Source of the DNA: Azolla caroliniana
Lineage: Eukaryota > Plantae > Polypodiophyta
Assembly: GCA_043228905.1 (NCBI GenBank)
Contig: JBHGNT010000017.1
Location: 16,058,001-16,122,000, forward strand
Direction: 5' to 3'
DNA length: 64,000 nt
The translations under genes and the position numbers were made by a program. Shown here piece after piece: positions 53,101 through 64,000 of this stretch (position 1 is the first letter of the stretch; each line of letters begins with the position of its first letter). The notes beneath the pieces are model-generated. The model saw only the letters and a list, made by a program, of their open reading frames with translations, had not been told where the DNA came from and ran no database searches.

Positions 53101-55621
53101 AGCCCGTTTAGTTCCGGCGTCTTCGGCACAGTAAACTCGAGCCGGATTCCCTTCGAGCGACAGTACTCCTGGAACTGCCCCCGGTATTCCCCTCCGTTAT
53201 CCGCTCGTATCGCTTTCAGCTTCTTGCCGGATTCCCTTTCCACTCTCGCGTGGAGTTCTTTGAAGACGGACAATACTTGGTCCTTTGTCTTCAACGGTGC
53301 CGTCCACAGCTTCCGGCTGTGATCATCAATGAATGTTACGAAGTACTGGGCTCCGCCATGCGACTTCGTTTCTACCTGACACACATCGGTGTGCACCAAC
53401 TCCAATGGTGCGCTACGTCTCGTCGGTGGCCTTGAGTGGAAGGAGGTCCGGTTTTGCTTACCGGCCAGGCAGTCGGTGCACTTCTCCAGGTGCACATGCT
53501 TCACTGGAATGAGGTTGTCTTCTGCAAGCCTCTTCATCCCCTTCTCACTCATGTGGCACAGTCTTTTGTGCCACAGCTCACCGGCAGTGTCGGCTGCCAC
53601 ATTCAGCTCTTCCAGACATAGCCGGGAATTCATCAGGTACAGTGTGTTGACCTTCCGGGCCCGAGCCACGATCAGGCTCCCCTTGCTGAACTTCATGACA
53701 CCGTTCCGGATGCTACCCGTGTAGCCTTCATCATCTAGCCTCCCGGCCGAGATCAGGTTCAATCGGACCTCCGGAACGTGTCGCACATCCTTCAGCAGCA
53801 TCTTGCATCCGGTTGATGTCATCAGCCACACGTCTCCTATGCCGGCTATCCGGCACGTACCTTCATTTCCCATCCGGACACAGCCGTGCTCACCGGCTGT
53901 GTAGGATGAGAAGTATTTCTTCTCCGGGGTCAGGTGGAACGACGCTCCGGAATCGACCACCCAGGTCATCTCTACACCGGCAAGGTTCAGCTCCCTCTCT
54001 TCGGTAATAAGCATTATCTCTTCTTCACTTGCCGCGAGTGCCGTCGTTCCTTTCCGGTCCTGCCCTCGCCGATCCGGACCTCTCCGGTCCGTGGCTCCCC
54101 GGTATGCACCGTTTCTCTCCGGTGATTTCTTCGAATCGGTGTCGTCGGCTCCGTTGTCTTTTCGGTAATGCCGACAATTCTTCCGGAAGTGCCCCGGCTT
54201 CCCACAGTGGAAGCATGTGGATCTTCCTCTTGACTGCGACCGGGTCCCCGACTTCTCCCGTCTTTGCGGACTCCGGTTCCATTGTCTTCCCCGTTCCGAT
54301 TCGGTAAGCAGCGCCTTCGAGTCGGAGACCGGTTCTTTATCTCTCCGACGCGCTTCTTCGTTCAAAATACTTGTCTTTACCGTTTGTAGGGACAAGTTAT
54401 CTTCGGCGCAGGAGGTGCTGAGAGTCACCACCAAGTTCTCCCAGCTGTCCGGCAATGTACACATCAGGATGATGGCTTGCATTGCATCCTCCAACGGGAA
54501 CTTGATCGCCGCAAGCTGGTTCACGAATCCCATGAACGTGCTTACGTGTTCCACCATACTCTCGCCGTCCCGGTACTTGAGGTTCACTATCTTTCTCATC
54601 AGGGAGGTCCGGTTCAACGCATTCTTCCTCTCATAGAGGCCCGACAGCTTCTTCCACATCTCATAGGCGTTCGTATCGTTCGCCACATGTTGCAGGACAC
54701 TTACATCGACATATTGCCGGATCGTCGCTACTGCTTTCCGGTTCAGGAGCTTCCACTCCGACTCAAGTACTCCCTTCGGTATTTCCGACCTGTCAATCGG
54801 TTCGTACAGGTCCCGAACAATCAGAAGATCCTCCATCTTGATCTTCCAGTCGGCGTAATTCTGCGCATTCAGCACCATCATTCCCGGCTGCCCGCTACCG
54901 CCGCCTTCCATCTTCTGTGTTATCGTCGCTCTGATACCACTTTATTGAAATTCCGTGCTCGGCCACAACCGAGGAACAGGATCGATTCACAGAAAACGGG
55001 AAATACAACAATGCACGAAAGACAATAGAGAGAAAGGTACACTGGATGTTTTACGTGGAAAACCCTAAATGGGAAAAACCACGGGAGCCTCAAACTCCAA
55101 CTATCACTATGAACAGGGATGTACACTGGTGAAGCTACAAGGCAACAACCTTGAGCTCACTGTCTTCGCCACAGGCGGCGGCAATACACAGAGGCAACGA
55201 CCTCTTCGTCTCTCTCTCTCTCTCTCTCTCGGCTGCTCTCACTTCGCATGAAAATTAAGCAACAACATCAACTGTTTGCCCTAAGTCATATTTATACACA
55301 TATGACTTTCGGGCTATTTACAAATATAACCTCAAGGGCTCTTGGCAAACATATTCACAAATATGTCCCCGCATCCGGATCTCTCTCTCCGGGTACATTC
55401 GTCATCCGGCTCCGTAGCCGGGGTCTTCATCATCCGGCTCCGTAGCCGGGGTCTTCAGCATCCGGCTCCGTAGCCGGGGTCTTCATCATCCGGCTCCGTA
55501 ACCTGGTACTCTTCATCCGGCTTCATGCCGGGTACTCTTCATCCTACGGTTCCGTAACAGCCTCCGGGCTTGCCGTCATTCATCTCCGGACATCCCATCC
55601 GGAGGGACCGAAATCCCAACA
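50146..55621 (-). mobile_element. Intact Ty1/copia element F
   Basis: 679-bp LTRs 50146..50824 and 54943..55621 with no differences seen; PBS 54928..54939; PPT GAAGGGGGAG; TSD CACAG/CATAG. Confidence 0.96.
50835..54911 (-). CDS. Complete copia gag-PR-IN-RT-RNaseH polyprotein (1358 aa)
   Basis: Single uninterrupted ORF with all motifs (WVVDSGAS, LWHKRLCH, LYVDD, HSRTKHI). Confidence 0.96.
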   Translation of the reverse strand: MEGGGSGQPGMMVLNAQNYADWKIKMEDLLIVRDLYEPIDRSEIPKGVLESEWKLLNRKAVATIRQYVDVSVLQHVANDTNAYEMWKKLSGLYERKNALNRTSLMRKIVNLKYRDGESMVEHVSTFMGFVNQLAAIKFPLEDAMQAIILMCTLPDSWENLVVTLSTSCAEDNLSLQTVKTSILNEEARRRDKEPVSDSKALLTESERGRQWNRSPQRREKSGTRSQSRGRSTCFHCGKPGHFRKNCRHYRKDNGADDTDSKKSPERNGAYRGATDRRGPDRRGQDRKGTTALAASEEEIMLITEERELNLAGVEMTWVVDSGASFHLTPEKKYFSSYTAGEHGCVRMGNEGTCRIAGIGDVWLMTSTGCKMLLKDVRHVPEVRLNLISAGRLDDEGYTGSIRNGVMKFSKGSLIVARARKVNTLYLMNSRLCLEELNVAADTAGELWHKRLCHMSEKGMKRLAEDNLIPVKHVHLEKCTDCLAGKQNRTSFHSRPPTRRSAPLELVHTDVCQVETKSHGGAQYFVTFIDDHSRKLWTAPLKTKDQVLSVFKELHARVERESGKKLKAIRADNGGEYRGQFQEYCRSKGIRLEFTVPKTPELNGLAERMNRTIMERVRSMLAHAKLPKGFWAEAMSTATYVINRSPSVPLDGDTPQKVWTGKEVSYRHLKVFGCLAYVHVAKDRRGKLDPKTRPCIFLGYGDDEFGYRVWDPVDKKIFRSRDIIFMEDKTLADWESEKKMKSSKSTGEDKLYEEQSRPARDRLTLEDPAEDGEETEPAEEDENDTGTGPDPEMDSDEEEESEEPVTEAPERRYPLRERRAPRRFPEPEHVLLTNEGEPESFEEAKHDTQSRRWLSAMQEEMDSLHENHTYELVELPKGKRALRNKWVFKLKPGDAGNPQRYKARIVVKGFQQKKGVDFDEIFAPVVKMTSIRTVLSIAASMDLEVEQMDVKTAFLHGDLDEEIYMQQPEGFEKKGKEHLVCRLKKSLYGLKQAPRQWYRKFDSFMTDEGYHKTQSDHCVFVKKFEGGDSLILLLYVDDMLIVGRDQVKIRVLKEALHRTFSMKDLGPARQILGMHIIRDRKKKQLWLSQEKYVTKVLHRFNMSEARPVGSTLPANCKLSSKQSPKTKAEKEDMMKVPYASAVGSLMYAMVCTRPDIGYAVGVVSRYMSNPGKEHWNAVKWILRYLKGTANVCLRFGSGKPEFDGFTDSDMSADADTSRSTSGYVMTYAGGAVSWQSRLQKTVALSTTEAEYMAAVEAGKEIIWMKDFIRELGIQQEEYRLYCDSQSAIHLAKNAAYHSRTKHIQRRYHWIRERIEDEEFVLTKIHTDENGSDMLTKVLTPDKLEACRKRIGLERHPMPK

Positions 55622-55622
55622 C

Positions 55623-55657
<35 letters not shown>

Positions 55658-55959
55658 AACTTTCCATTTCCCAAAGCAATAATACAACAGCCAACCTTAC
55701 AAAAAGGTTACAAGGTCAATATATATAGTGACCGACTTAGGGCAACTACCCTTTATGCTAATTACATAAATGGCCAAGACGAGATAGTGTGAATACGTCC
55801 ATTATACACATGTATTCGACACTCGCCACCGGACACTCAATCGCGAGTTGATTCACTACCAAAACCCCCGTCGAGCCCTCCGGAGGTCAATCAACCAGAA
55901 CTAAACCCTTTTCCGGTGCTACCAGAAGACCCAGAGTACGACATCATGCCGTACCCATA

Positions 55960-56724
55960 TGACGAGAACTGGTCGTTCCTTATGCGCAACGCTCGGCCAC
56001 AACCGAGCTTAGAATGATACACAGAAAACGGGAAATAGAACACGACACAAAGAAGAGGAAGATACACAGGAGGTTTACGTGGAAAACCCCAAACTAGGGG
56101 AAAAACCACGGCAGCCCACAGGCTGCAAACTGTCACTATGTAAGAATGTACAAAACAGTGAGTTCACGGAGGCAACGACCTCGGACTCACGATCTTCGCC
56201 ACAGACGGCGGTTACAACAGAGGCAACGACCTCTTTCTCTCTCTCTCTCTCTGTACAGTTACGCACACTCTCTATTCTTGCACCAACAAGAATGACAACA
56301 ACTATATCTAAAAGTTTGCCCTAAGTCATATTTATATTAATATGACTTTTCGGCTATTTACAAATGTAGCCGCAATGGACTATCAGAAACATATTTACTA
56401 ATATGTCTCTTCATCCGGTTCATACCGGGTCTGCACCATCCGGCTCTCCGTAGCCGGGTACTCTTCATCCGGTTTATATCGGGTCTGCACCATCCGGCTC
56501 TCCGTAGCCGGGTACTCTTCATCCTGTTCACACCGGGTCTGCACCATCCGGCTCTCCGTAGCAGGGGTACTCTTCATCCGGTTCACACCGGGTCTGCACC
56601 ATCCGGCTCTCCGTAAGCCGGGTACTCCTCTTCCGGTTTTGGCCTCGGCCTATCGGCCTCGGCCGAGATTGTTCGTCGGCACTGTTCTCCTCCCTTCTCA
56701 TCCGGAGGGACCTGTCTCCCAACA
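55960..56724 (-). repeat. Copia solo LTR (765 bp, related to the C and F LTRs)
   Basis: TG...CA ends, perfect TSD CCATA inside G gag, internal ~54-bp tandem repeat at about 56408..56640. Confidence 0.92.
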
Positions 56725-59700
56725 CCATACCCACGATACACCGGCGAACCAGACGCCGAGTCACACATCCGTGCCTTCATATCCACGTGGCAGGCTAACC
56801 ACTCCACGCACCGCCTCACGCCGGCCGAAATCGATGCCTCAAAGATTGCCGAGTTCACACTCTCCCTCGATGGACCGGCCGCACGATGGTACTCTCGCCT
56901 CGAAATAGGAGAGGCCACCACTTTCCAAATCGTGCGCACAAAGTTCCTTGAACTTTTTCATCGCGAGGTGCCTAAACGGGAACTGCTCTGGCAATTCTTC
57001 TCTATATGCCAAGAACCGCACGAAACGGTCGCGCAGTTCACGATCCGGTTCTGGGATCTCTATAGACAAGTGGCCGATGATGTCTCGGCACAACATATAC
57101 CGGACACTTTCCTATCCAGTTTACGAGAGCCTCTACGAATGACTCTCGCACTTACAAATTTCGCCAACCATACTATTGAACAAGTCATAGCGCGCGTTCT
57201 CGCCCTCGATCGGAACCAGCACGACGCGGCCTTCTCGATGACATCCTTGCAAAACGCTCTTCCCCAAGAGGACAATCGCTTTCGCCAAGCCCTCCAATGC
57301 ACAACGTGTTCAGAATCAGGGCACCTGACCCTCGAATGCCCCCACCGACCACAGTGTCCGATCTGTTAGTCTCGAGCTCACACGGTCAAGCAGTGCGAAT
57401 ATAATATGCTGAACCGCACAACGGCGGCACCGGTCCGCCAGATCGAGCCACGAAATACATACTCTCGGTAGGACGAGCGATATATCTACCGAGACCAGGA
57501 TAAAGACCAACCGCGATCCCCGGATCGACGGCGCCGAGACGACGACTACCGACGTGATGACCGTCGTGATCATTATCGCGATGACCGGCACAACGATTAT
57601 GCCCGATATGATGACGATCGCGATGACCAGTATGACCGACGGAACTCACGCATTGATCGGCCAAACGGCAACCGCAACACACGCAACAATAGAAGACCTA
57701 ATGACAACCGCCAACGGGACGCTCCTCAAAATGACCAGCGCAACTCCAACGTACCTTGGAACAACCCACCACCAAACGAGACCGAGAATCAACAACAACA
57801 GCTTCCACACACAGATCGAGCGGACACCAGTAGCTCGGCCAACGTGACATGTTTTAAATGTAATCAACCAGGCCACTACGCCACGCAATGTCCGACAACC
57901 AACCGTGGCAAGGCACCCGCGGTGAACAGTATCATGGTCGATGTTCAAACGGTCACTACCCGGAGTAAAGCGCAGACTACTCAGTGGCAAATCCAAGATG
58001 AAGTACGTTAGGCAGCAAAAGAATGGATCGACACGGCCAATAAAAATAATGTCGTACGCATGCAAACTGACATGAGAGACGGGCCCAGTGAAGTACCACA
58101 AACCTCGGCACCATCCACGTCGTCGGAGGACGACCAGCTATGGGATGTTCTTACCAACTCCCGCATCTCGCTGCCCCTACATAAACTGCTACCACTCATG
58201 CCGAGATTTTGGGACACCCTGGCGGCACTCCAGGCCAATACTAAGCCAGTGATGCCACCGATACACCTCACCGAAGCAGGAACTGGTCCACCACTCATGG
58301 ATTCTCAGAACCCAGCCGTGCGAATCATCATTAAGGGACAAGACATGCACAGATGCATCATCAACGGCGGATCCGGCGTAAAAGTTATTAGCGAGTTAAC
58401 GTGTCTCAACCTCGGCCTGAATCAATGGGAACCATGCCCCTTTTGGCTTCGGATGGCCGACACACGCTCCGTTCGCCCCATTGGTTTAATCCGCCATCTC
58501 GACTTCACACTCGGAGGCCACATGTTCACGATCTCGGCCGTCGTGCTGAGACTGGAGACACAAGGCGCCTACCCACTGTTACTAGGTCGACCATGGTTGC
58601 GTACAGCGAATATCAAGCAACATTGGCAACGCAACATGATCTCGTTCCGAAGAGGCAAGACAAAAGTCCGCATCATCACTGAAGAACGAGTCCCCGTCGC
58701 CCTCAACACTTCGCCGTTATACACGGAAGGGGTCCATATGCTTGACGGTTTGGCCGATGAGGAGGTCGATGACTTCCTAGATGATCATCCCACGATCATC
58801 CCTCTCTTCGAAATAGATGCCTTACCAACCATTGAGCCATCTAAAGACGAGGAAGTCACGGAGGAGTCACCACCCCAAGATGAACCAGATCCAACCACAG
58901 TTGCCGAGCTACGTCATGCTCGGGAGGCTTTCGAACGCGAACTCGCCATTTCACAACGAGTGAAAGCATCAACCCTGGAAACAATAAACCTCGGTTTGGA
59001 CGAGAATCCCCGTACGTTACAAATTGCCAATAATCTACCAACCGGAGAACAGGCATGCCTCGTAAAATTGCTCACCGACTACCATGATGTTTTCGCTTGG
59101 TCTTACACCGATATGAAGGGGCTAGATCCTCAATACTACCAACATCAAATTCATATCTTAACCGACACTCGGCCAGTTTAGCAGAGGCGCTACAGGATGA
59201 ACCCCAACTACGCCGCTAAAGTCAAAGAGGAAATCGACAAACTACTCCGAGCGGGCTTCATTCGCCCTATTAAACGGGCCACGTGGTTGAGCCCGATCGT
59301 AGTGGTCCCAAAGAAGAATGGAAAAATCTGCGTCTGCATCGACTATCGGAAGCTTAACGCGGCAACAGTCACCGACGGTTTCCCTCTCCCATTCATGGAT
59401 AGCGTCCTCGACACGGTAGCCGGCCACGAATGCTACAATTTCCTCGACGGGTTCAGCGGCTATAACCAGATAAGAATGCACCCGGAGGATAAGGAGAAAA
59501 CCGCTTTCGTCACGGAATGGGGTGTTTTTGTATCAGAAGTTATGATGTTCAGTCTAAAAACAGCGCCGGCTACGTTCCAGCGCATCATCACCGAAATCTT
59601 TCATGACTACATCCCGCCGTTCATGCAAGTCTTTCTCGACGATTTCGCCGTGTATGGCCATCGACAGGAACACATGACCCAGTTACGACTCTGCCTGGAC

Positions 59701-61854
59701 CGATGTCGCCAAGCTCGATTGAGTTTAAACCCGACGAAATGCGTGTTCTTAGTCACCAGCGGCAACCTTCTCGGCCACATTGTCAGTCAAGAAGGCATCG
59801 TTATGAACCCGGATAAAGTAAAGGCAATCCTGAATGCCACCGCACCCTCGAACGCTAAGGCACTAAGCCGTTTTTTGGGACAGATCCGGTGGCACAGCCG
59901 AATGATACGACACCTGGCCGATTTCGCGACACCTTTACACGCAGCAGTCCATCGCCTTCCTTTCCAATGGACGTCAATCGAGGACACGGCCTATCAAACC
60001 CTGAAACGAATGTTGTCATATGCCCCGGTGGTCCAGTCCCCGGTTTGGTCCGAACCGGTTCATGTCTTCGTAGATGCTTCAGACATCGCCATCGGAAGTG
60101 CCCTGATGCAATGCACACCCCCGAATTGGTATAGGCCCGTGTACTACGCCAGCCGACGGCTCTCGACCGCGGAAAAGAATTACTCCACCACCGAGCGGGA
60201 GGCCCTCAGTATGATTTATAACATCAATAAATTTCAGCATTACCTCTTGGGCCAAAAATTTACCTTTCACGTGGATCACTCGGCCCTTCTTTATTTGGTC
60301 AATAAACAAGCCCTCACTGGACGGTTGGCTCGGTGGATGCTCCTACTACAAGAGTTTGATTTCCAAATTCAGCATCGACCCAGGGTACAACATGTCGTCG
60401 CCGACTACTTGAGCCGTCTTGAGTCAGGGGAACCGGCAAAAACAACGTACGACGAGCTACCGGACGCCAGCCTATTTAACCTGACCACGATACCAGACGA
60501 TAATGGAGATGAATGGATCACGGAGATGACCCATTTTATCACTACCGGTGTACCTCCCGAGCACATGACCCTTGACACGAGAAAACGCCTAGCAGTGCGT
60601 AGCCGGAATTTTTGCCTCGTCTCAGACATTCTCTACCACAAAGGCTCGGACGACATATGGCGCCGAGCGATTAGGGAATTCGAGAAGAACACCGTTCTTC
60701 AGGAAGCCCACCAAGGAGTAGCTGGGGGGCACTACACCGGGGATTCCACGGCAAGGAAAGTTTGGCAAAGTGGATTGTGGTGGCCGACAACGAAGAAAGA
60801 CGCTCACGAGTTTTGCCAGCAGTGCGATTTGTGCCAACGACTGGGGCAACCAATGGAACAGTCACGAATGCCACACCAGCCGATTCTTCTGTTGGACCCA
60901 TTTCAAAAATGGGGTTTGAATTTTGTAGGCCCTTTCAAACCACCCGCGGCCCGAACAGGGAATAGGTATATTATTGTTGCCACGGATTACTGCACCAAAT
61001 GGGTCGAGGCTAAGGCACTCCGAGATAACATGGTGGCATCCACGGCTAAATTCGTGTACGAGCACCTCTGGTGCCGTTACGGATGCCCAATCGAGCTCGT
61101 TAGTGATCAAGGTGGGCACTTCATCAATCACATAATACGTGAGCTTACACACCACTACGTGGTGGTGCACAAGAAAAGCACACCATACTACCCACAGGCG
61201 AACAGCTTGGCGGAATCGACCAATAAAATCCTCCAAACCATACTGAAGAAGATCGTCAATGAAAACAGGACCGATTGGGATGACAAACTCCAAAGCGCGT
61301 TGTGGGCGTATCGTACGACTTTCAAAACAAGCATCCAATCAACCCCCTTTCGAATGGTGTTCGGGTTAGAAGCCATAATGCCCGTCGAGTTCCAAGTCCC
61401 GAGCCTCCGAGTTCAAGTCAAAGCACAGCTCCCCGAGGCCCAATCCGAGCAATACTGGCTGGAACAACTCCTCGAACTCGGCGAAGATAGGATAGAGAGA
61501 ATGGCCCAACTCGAACAACTCCAACGCCAACGCAAGGCTTTCGTGGATTGACATCGACACAGGCTGGAAAAGGAGCTCACCATCGGCAAACCAATTCTTC
61601 TTTTTCAAACACGACTCGGGTCTATGCTGGGAAAATTAAGATTTCGGTGGACCGGTCCATTCTGGATTATCGACGAGTTCAACGGGACGTTCCAGCTCGG
61701 CACACTCGCCGGCGACACTCTCAAAAGCTGGGCCAATGGTTTCCGACTTCGATCATATCGAGGGACTACACCACCCAACCCGTTTACCGAGCCACATGGC
61801 ACAAACGAGTTTCGGGAGACCACCACGGAGGAGGCCACGTGTCCCCCTGAATAA
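56725..61854 (+). pseudogene. gag-pol of G (multiple stops)
   Basis: ORF pieces 56932..57369, 58060..59181, 59197..61551, 61624..61854 match B gag, PR, RT, RH and IN; gag also at 55822..55959. Confidence 0.92.
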
Positions 61855-62376
61855 GGACTCACCCACCTTCTTGAAATTAATAAAAGTAGTAGTAGGTAGG
61901 ATTAACCATAGTTTAGCCACCGATTAGCTACACCTACACCACCCACCTAGGCACCCACAATTTTAGGAGCACCCCTCGCCACCACTCATTTAGTACCTAT
62001 TTAAGCACATGCAAAGCACTAGAAGCACCCCACTCACCTTCAGGACATGTGGTGCTAGTCACTTATTATGGCACCCACGACTCAGAATCTTCAGGATTCG
62101 CTTCAGGCACAAAACCCTAGGAGTAAGTTACTAAAACCGTTTCCAAAACGCAGCACAGACACAGAAGTTCATTATCGCTCCCCATCTCCATCGCTCTCAA
62201 GCTCAGAAACCCCGTCTCGCTCTCATCGCGCTAAACGCTCTTGCTCTCAAGCCCTCTTTCGCTCTCATAACCCCTCTGTTGGACTTCCCCTTCCTGTTGT
62301 TCCTCTTGTGGCTCGCCCTCGCCTCATCACTCTTCTTCACGCCTCCACACAGTCGAACCCCGTCTCCATCTCCACC

Positions 62377-64000
62377 ATGCCTCTTACCGCTTCAACAGAA
62401 ACCCGCGCATGGCTTCAAGAACGAGGAATGGGCGGTTACCTGAAGATCATCGATGCCCCCGCACACCCAGATGCCCAAACTGTGGTTAAACGTATAAGTC
62501 CCGAAGCCATCACCAACAACGTGCTTCGAGCTGTTTTGGACCTGCAACGGGGAGGGGACCATGAGGTCGACATACCCCCGGCATCAAAGATGAAAGCGTA
62601 CTTCGGTGAGTACTCAACCTCAGGGAAGGCATATCGCACGTATGGCGGTCCCAACAGAGCTTTCGGGGAGATTGCTCGTATATTAATGAAGTATGCATTC
62701 GTGCATACAAACCCAACGAGCATGCCGCAGAACAAGGCAGCCATCATCATCAGCGCGTATGAAGGAAACAGAATCGATTGGGGAATCATCACAGGCGAGG
62801 GACTACGCACCGCCTTAGCTTCATTTCAGTCTGGTAAGAAGATGTTGTCTGTTCTTACCCACTTTTTGATGGTTCTGTACCCACCCTCTTCTCTTCCTTC
62901 CCCTCGCACACTCACGTCCCCACCACCACCACGAAGGCAGAAAGAGAAATTCGTTGCCATCAGCCACAAAGCATGGGAGGAACCCACATCGCCTCCACCT
63001 CCTGCCGCTAACCAAAACCCCGCATCTGCACCACCACCCACTCAACCCCAACAAAAAAGGGCAGTTTCCGAGACCTGCCAAGAATGGGAGGAGGAGGTAG
63101 CCGCGGAAGATAACACGGCCGATGATGTCACCATTCGACAACCAACGTCGCGCCCCTCGGTAACTTCCCCAGGGCCTAGCCCATGCCCCAACACACAGCA
63201 GGCTGCACCACCACGACCCCAGAAAAGGAAGCAGGCGGAGGAAACGACACTACCGGCCCCGGAACCCCAAACACAGTCGAGCAAGAGAAGACGGCTTAAC
63301 CGCGAGTCCTCGGAAGAACCAAAAGAGCCACAACAGGAGCAAGCCTTAGTTGTCAGACAAAGCAACCTGGCCATCATCCCTGAGGAGGCATTGCTGAACC
63401 AGGGAAAGATCGAGCATGGGCAGACAACGCAGATCTCAGAGGATGAAGTCCTCGGGTATAAGGACCTCCCCGCGGAGGCTTACGAATTTAGTGCGCTCCT
63501 ACGCCTCGGTACGACATTCGAGCTGGTCGACTTCCTCGCCAGAGCCCAAGTCACGGCAGCCGCTCGAATGGCGGAGGAGCACGCCGAAACAACAATGATT
63601 CAACGCGCGCTAATAGGTGAAATTGAGCCCCAAGAGGACAGGGCTTTACAGAAAATCGGGAGAAAGAAGCAGGCAAAACAGGTTGCTCTCCTAATGGAGG
63701 TCCCCAAGTTGAACACGGCCCTTATTGAGGCATATCGGAACCTAGATCGCACTACGCGGGCAGCCAAAGACATGGCCCGAAAGATAAAAATAGCCCAAAA
63801 ATAGGCTAAGATGGCTACAGAATTATGGCACGCTGCGAACCAGAAGCTGGCAGCCTGGGAGCAAAACCGGCCGGAACAACAACTCTTGAGCCTTCCGGTC
63901 ATGACCACCGAGGCCCTCACAGCGCCTCCACGCATAACAATGATGGATGAAAGCACCATCACCGACTCAATCATGACGATGCAGGCCAGTACACAAACGG
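62377..64000 (+). pseudogene. Extra ORF of G (from MPLTAS; one TAG at 63802-63804, frame stays open to the window end)
   Basis: N-terminal domain homologous to B's extra ORF (YFGEYS..GK.YRT.GG, EIAR.L, YEG...DW). Confidence 0.8.

Larger units (their letters stand above)
45865..55821 (-). mobile_element. Ty1/copia element D (3' end lost in the gap; 5' LTR split by F)
   Basis: LTR halves 55627..55821 and 50056..50145, PBS 50042..50053, about 650 nt leader. Confidence 0.9.
55822..64000 (+). mobile_element. Non-chromovirus gypsy element G (relative of B), both ends not visible
   Basis: gag-pol collinear with B, followed by a homologous extra ORF. Confidence 0.92.

Overview
Plant nuclear DNA (non-seed plant, most likely a fern, by inference) made almost entirely of nested LTR retrotransposons, plus one intact 8-exon DWF4/CYP90B-like P450 gene (minus strand, 42474..45752) that ends 12 bp before a 100-N gap. 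Left nest: a chromovirus family (A) present as a 3' part (1..2715) and as a three-LTR element (5599..11871), and a non-chromovirus Ty3/gypsy element (B, 12968..22754) with an extra ORF; A2 and B both sit inside a decayed copia (C). These are followed by copia and gypsy fragments (H, I, E) and old chromovirus and LINE debris. Right nest: gypsy G (a relative of B) contains copia D and a solo LTR, and D's LTR contains an intact copia F. The most unusual observation is that element B has no polypurine tract at its 3' LTR. It carries a second, opposite-facing tRNA primer-binding site 2 nt from the LTR edge, which suggests both DNA strands may be tRNA-primed. All coordinates were read by eye; tRNA assignments come from recalled plant tRNA sequences and need a database check.
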